DNA of 61,708 nt, counting the filler. It is 3 parts of 3 records of this genome, joined end to end, with 100 filler letters (N's around TTAATTAATTAA, not from the genome) between each part and the next. Parts side by side here need not be neighbours in the genome. Positions count along the whole stretch, not along the records: positions 30,166 to 61,708 come from SRR22947725_4471; 2 more parts are not named here. One strand, written 5' to 3'. Positions 58,988-61,708 of the stretch are shown one piece after another; within the stretch, counting starts at the first letter, position 1; every line of letters begins with the position of its first letter. The position numbers and the translations under genes were made by a program. Below the pieces are notes generated by a model. That model was not told the origin of the DNA. It saw nothing but the letters and a program-made list of their open reading frames with translations, and searched no databases.

Positions 58988-60871
58988 TTAGACATTAGCA
59001 AGATTGCCTTTTGTTTCTAGCCAAGATTTTCGGTCAGACGCTCTTTTTTTGGAAAGAAGCATATCCATGGTCTCCTGTATCTGCAGAGGGTGATTAAGAG
59101 TTAGCTGAATAAGTCTCCTTGTATCAGGCTGCATAGTGGTTTCTCTGAGCTGCTTAGGATTCATTTCACCTAGCCCTTTAAATCTTTGAACCTGAATTTT
59201 TTGACGTTTATTCTCTTTTAAAAGTCTTGCTTCGAACTGTTCTTTTTCTTTGTCATCAAGTGCATAAAAAACCTGTTTTCCTGCATCTATTCTATAAAGT
59301 GGAGGCATTGCAACATAGACATGTCCTTGGCTAACTAACTTAGGAAAATGTTTTACGAAAAGAGCACAAATTAATGTTGCAATATGAAGGCCATCTGAGT
59401 CAGCATCAGCCAAGATGCAGACCTTTCCATACCTCAGTCCAGAAAGGTCATTGTTATCTGGCTCGAGTCCAATTGCGATACTTATGTCATGAATTTCATT
59501 TGAAGCAAGAACTTGTGAAGAGTCAACCTCCCATGTATTAAGAATCTTACCTCTTAGAGGAAGTATTGCTTGATAATTCTTGTCTCTCGCTTGCTTTGCT
59601 GAGCCACCAGCCGAATCACCCTCAACTAAAAAAACTTCTGTTTGCTCAAGGTCTGAACTCGTGCAATCTGAAAGCTTGCCAGGGAGAGCTGGCCCACTAA
59701 CAATTTTTTTTCTGACAACTTTTTTAGCAGTTTTTAACCTTGACTGAGCGTTAAGGATGGCTAACTCAGCAATTTTTTCAGCGATATCGGTATGCTGATT
59801 GAGCCATAAACTAAAAGAGTCTTTAACGACACCAGAAACAAATGAAGCGCACTCTCTTGAGGAGAGTCTTTCTTTTGTTTGACCTGAAAACTGAGGATCT
59901 AAAATTTTTATTGAGAGAACATAAGCAATTCTTTGCCAAACATCGTCGGGAGTCAGCTTAATATTTTTTGGAATAAGATTTCTAAATTCACAGAATTCTT
60001 TAAGGGCATCAGTCAGTCCAGATCTTAGGCCATTAACATGGGTTCCTCCGCCAATAGTTGGAATAAGATTCACAAAACTTTCAGCAGTAATATTGCTGGT
60101 GTTTTCAGTCCAAGTTAAAGCGCAATCTAGTTGCTCTTCCTTAGTTTCAAAAGAGGTTACAAATGGAATAGATGGGACGCATTCAAGACCATCCAAAGAA
60201 GCCTGCAAGTAATCCTTTATGCCATCTTTAAAGAGCCAAGTATCTTCAGTTTCATCTATTTCATTTTTAAAATTAACCTCAAGACCAGGACATAAGACAG
60301 CTTTAGAACGAAGGTTATGTCTCAGTTTCTTTATTGAAAATTTTACCGAATCAAAAAAATGTGCATCAGGCATAAATTTAATCAGAGTTCCTGTATTGCG
60401 CTTCCCAACAGTGCCTATTTCCTCAAGATCATTGGACTTGACACTGGATTCAAATTTCATATAGTACTGTTTTGCATCTCTTTTAATCCAAACTTCAATT
60501 GATCTTGATAAGGCGTTTACGACAGATATGCCAACACCATGAAGTCCTCCAGAAAATTGGTACGAGTCATTAGAAAATTTTCCACCAGCATGGAGCTTAG
60601 TCAGGATAACCTCAACTGCAGGTGTTCCTTCTTTTGGATGAATATCTATTGGTATTCCTCTACCGTTGTCTTCGACCGACATAGAGTTGTCTGTGTGAAG
60701 CGTAACATTAATCTGGGTAGCATAGCCCGAGACTGCCTCGTCGACACTATTATCAACCACTTCTTGTGCAAGATGATTAGGGTTTTCAGTATCTGTATAC
60801 ATGCCTGGGCGTTTTTTGACTGGCTCCAGGCCAGTAAGAACTTCTATAGAAGATGCGTCGTAATTAGACAT
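58988..60871 (-). CDS. parE: DNA topoisomerase IV subunit B
   Basis: GLEPVKKRPGMYT, EVVDNSVDE, LHAGGKF, FSGQTKERL, VEGDSAGGSAKQAR, PLRGKILNTWE, DADSDG; no GyrB insertion. Confidence 0.96.
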   Translation of the reverse strand: MSNYDASSIEVLTGLEPVKKRPGMYTDTENPNHLAQEVVDNSVDEAVSGYATQINVTLHTDNSMSVEDNGRGIPIDIHPKEGTPAVEVILTKLHAGGKFSNDSYQFSGGLHGVGISVVNALSRSIEVWIKRDAKQYYMKFESSVKSNDLEEIGTVGKRNTGTLIKFMPDAHFFDSVKFSIKKLRHNLRSKAVLCPGLEVNFKNEIDETEDTWLFKDGIKDYLQASLDGLECVPSIPFVTSFETKEEQLDCALTWTENTSNITAESFVNLIPTIGGGTHVNGLRSGLTDALKEFCEFRNLIPKNIKLTPDDVWQRIAYVLSIKILDPQFSGQTKERLSSRECASFVSGVVKDSFSLWLNQHTDIAEKIAELAILNAQSRLKTAKKVVRKKIVSGPALPGKLSDCTSSDLEQTEVFLVEGDSAGGSAKQARDKNYQAILPLRGKILNTWEVDSSQVLASNEIHDISIAIGLEPDNNDLSGLRYGKVCILADADSDGLHIATLICALFVKHFPKLVSQGHVYVAMPPLYRIDAGKQVFYALDDKEKEQFEARLLKENKRQKIQVQRFKGLGEMNPKQLRETTMQPDTRRLIQLTLNHPLQIQETMDMLLSKKRASDRKSWLETKGNLANV

Positions 60872-60906
60872 ATTTTGAATTGGGTTTGAGTGGCAATAAT
60901 AATACC

Positions 60907-60935
60907 AAAAAAAAGCCCCAAAAAATGGGGCTTTT
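60907..60935 (-). terminator. Rho-independent terminator after groEL (potentially bidirectional)
   Basis: A8-GCCCCA-AAAAA-TGGGGC-TTTT. Confidence 0.85.
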
Positions 60936-60954
60936 CACTATAAAACAAATAGAA

Positions 60955-61707
60955 TTACATCATGCCTGGCATGCCGCCACCCATGCCGCCCATATCAGGC
61001 ATTGCGGGACCGCTTTCTTGAGGCATATCAGTAATCATTGCTTCAGTTGTAATCATTAAACCAGAGATACTTGCCGCATGTTGAAGCGCTGCACGTGATA
61101 CCTTGGTTGGATCTAAGATACCCATTTTAAGCATGTCTCCATACTCTTCTGAAGAAGCATTGTAGCCATAATTACCCTTGCCTTTTAAAACTTCATTTAA
61201 AACAACAGAGGCCTCACCACCACCATTAGTAACGATTTGTCTTAAAGGTTCTTCTAAGGCGCGTCTACAGATGCTGATACCTACATCTTGATCACTGTTA
61301 TCACCTTTAAGTTTATCTAGTGATGAGATAGCGCGAACAAATGCGACACCACCGCCAGGTACAACACCTTCTTCAACAGCTGCACGAGTTGCATGAAGTG
61401 CATCATCAACACGATCTTTTTTCTCTTTCATTTCGACTTCAGTTGCCGCGCCTACTTTAATGACTGCAACGCCGCCAGAAAGTTTAGCTAAACGTTCTTG
61501 CAGCTTCTCTTTGTCATAATCTGAGCTTGTAGCTTCGATTTGAGTTTTGATTTGACCAATACGAGAGGTGATATTCTTTTTAGCACCTGCACCATCAATT
61601 ACAGTAGTATTGTCTTTACCGATTTCAATACGTTTAGCTGTGCCTAAATGCTCTTCAGTAATAGCTTCAAGTGACAAGCCAACTTCTTCAGAAATAACTG
61701 TTCCACC
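60955..61707 (-). CDS. groEL: Chaperonin GroEL, C-terminal part (5' end beyond window)
   Basis: [63 protein letters not shown] tail. Confidence 0.98.
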   Translation of the reverse strand, partial: GGTVISEEVGLSLEAITEEHLGTAKRIEIGKDNTTVIDGAGAKKNITSRIGQIKTQIEATSSDYDKEKLQERLAKLSGGVAVIKVGAATEVEMKEKKDRVDDALHATRAAVEEGVVPGGGVAFVRAISSLDKLKGDNSDQDVGISICRRALEEPLRQIVTNGGGEASVVLNEVLKGKGNYGYNASSEEYGDMLKMGILDPTKVSRAALQHAASISGLMITTEAMITDMPQESGPAMPDMGGMGGGMPGMM

Positions 61708-61708
61708 A

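Noticed and set aside
1-61708. CRISPR arrays, transposases, integrases, prophage or defence genes, rRNA
   Set aside because: None seen; no regularly spaced repeats or matching protein motifs in any of the three contigs

Overview
The window is not one locus. It is three unrelated contigs joined by artificial 100-nt spacers (44 N + TTAATTAATTAA + 44 N) at 16935-17034 and 30066-30165. Contig 1 (1-16934, moderately AT-rich, proteobacterial, organised like the sigma54-dependent Fla1 system of Rhodobacter sphaeroides) is a minus-strand flagellar cluster flgBCDEFGHIJKL. It has four near-consensus sigma54 promoters, a giant hook protein FlgE (~1261 aa) with internally duplicated inserted domains, a giant FlgK (1445 aa), a single-domain FlgJ and an extra D2-less FlgE/FlgG-like gene with its own promoter. 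Contig 2 (17035-30065, more GC-rich, Microbacteriaceae-like actinobacterium by inference) carries a GlpX homologue with an altered substrate pocket, a heliorhodopsin tightly followed by a small membrane protein, pntAB, threonine aldolase, a sugar ABC transporter with a divergent ROK regulator and twin operators, and an APH-family kinase next to a probable tRNA 3' end. Contig 3 (30166-61708, AT-rich, SUP05/Thioglobaceae-like gammaproteobacterium by inference) carries a taurine catabolic cluster (tauB, tauC, tauE, tauR, tpa, ald, xsc) with an embedded sarcosine/dimethylglycine-dehydrogenase-like flavoenzyme, the glyoxylate shunt (aceA-aceK-rraA-glcB, glcG, iclR), betBA with an enolase-superfamily/beta-hydroxyacid dehydrogenase pair, then prlC, fabF, acpP, parE and groEL. 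The best candidates for undescribed biology are the two-subunit decorated flagellar hook, a putative N-methyltaurine demethylation branch, and the heliorhodopsin / variant GlpX / transhydrogenase neighbourhood. All assignments come from motif recognition by eye; no searches were run.
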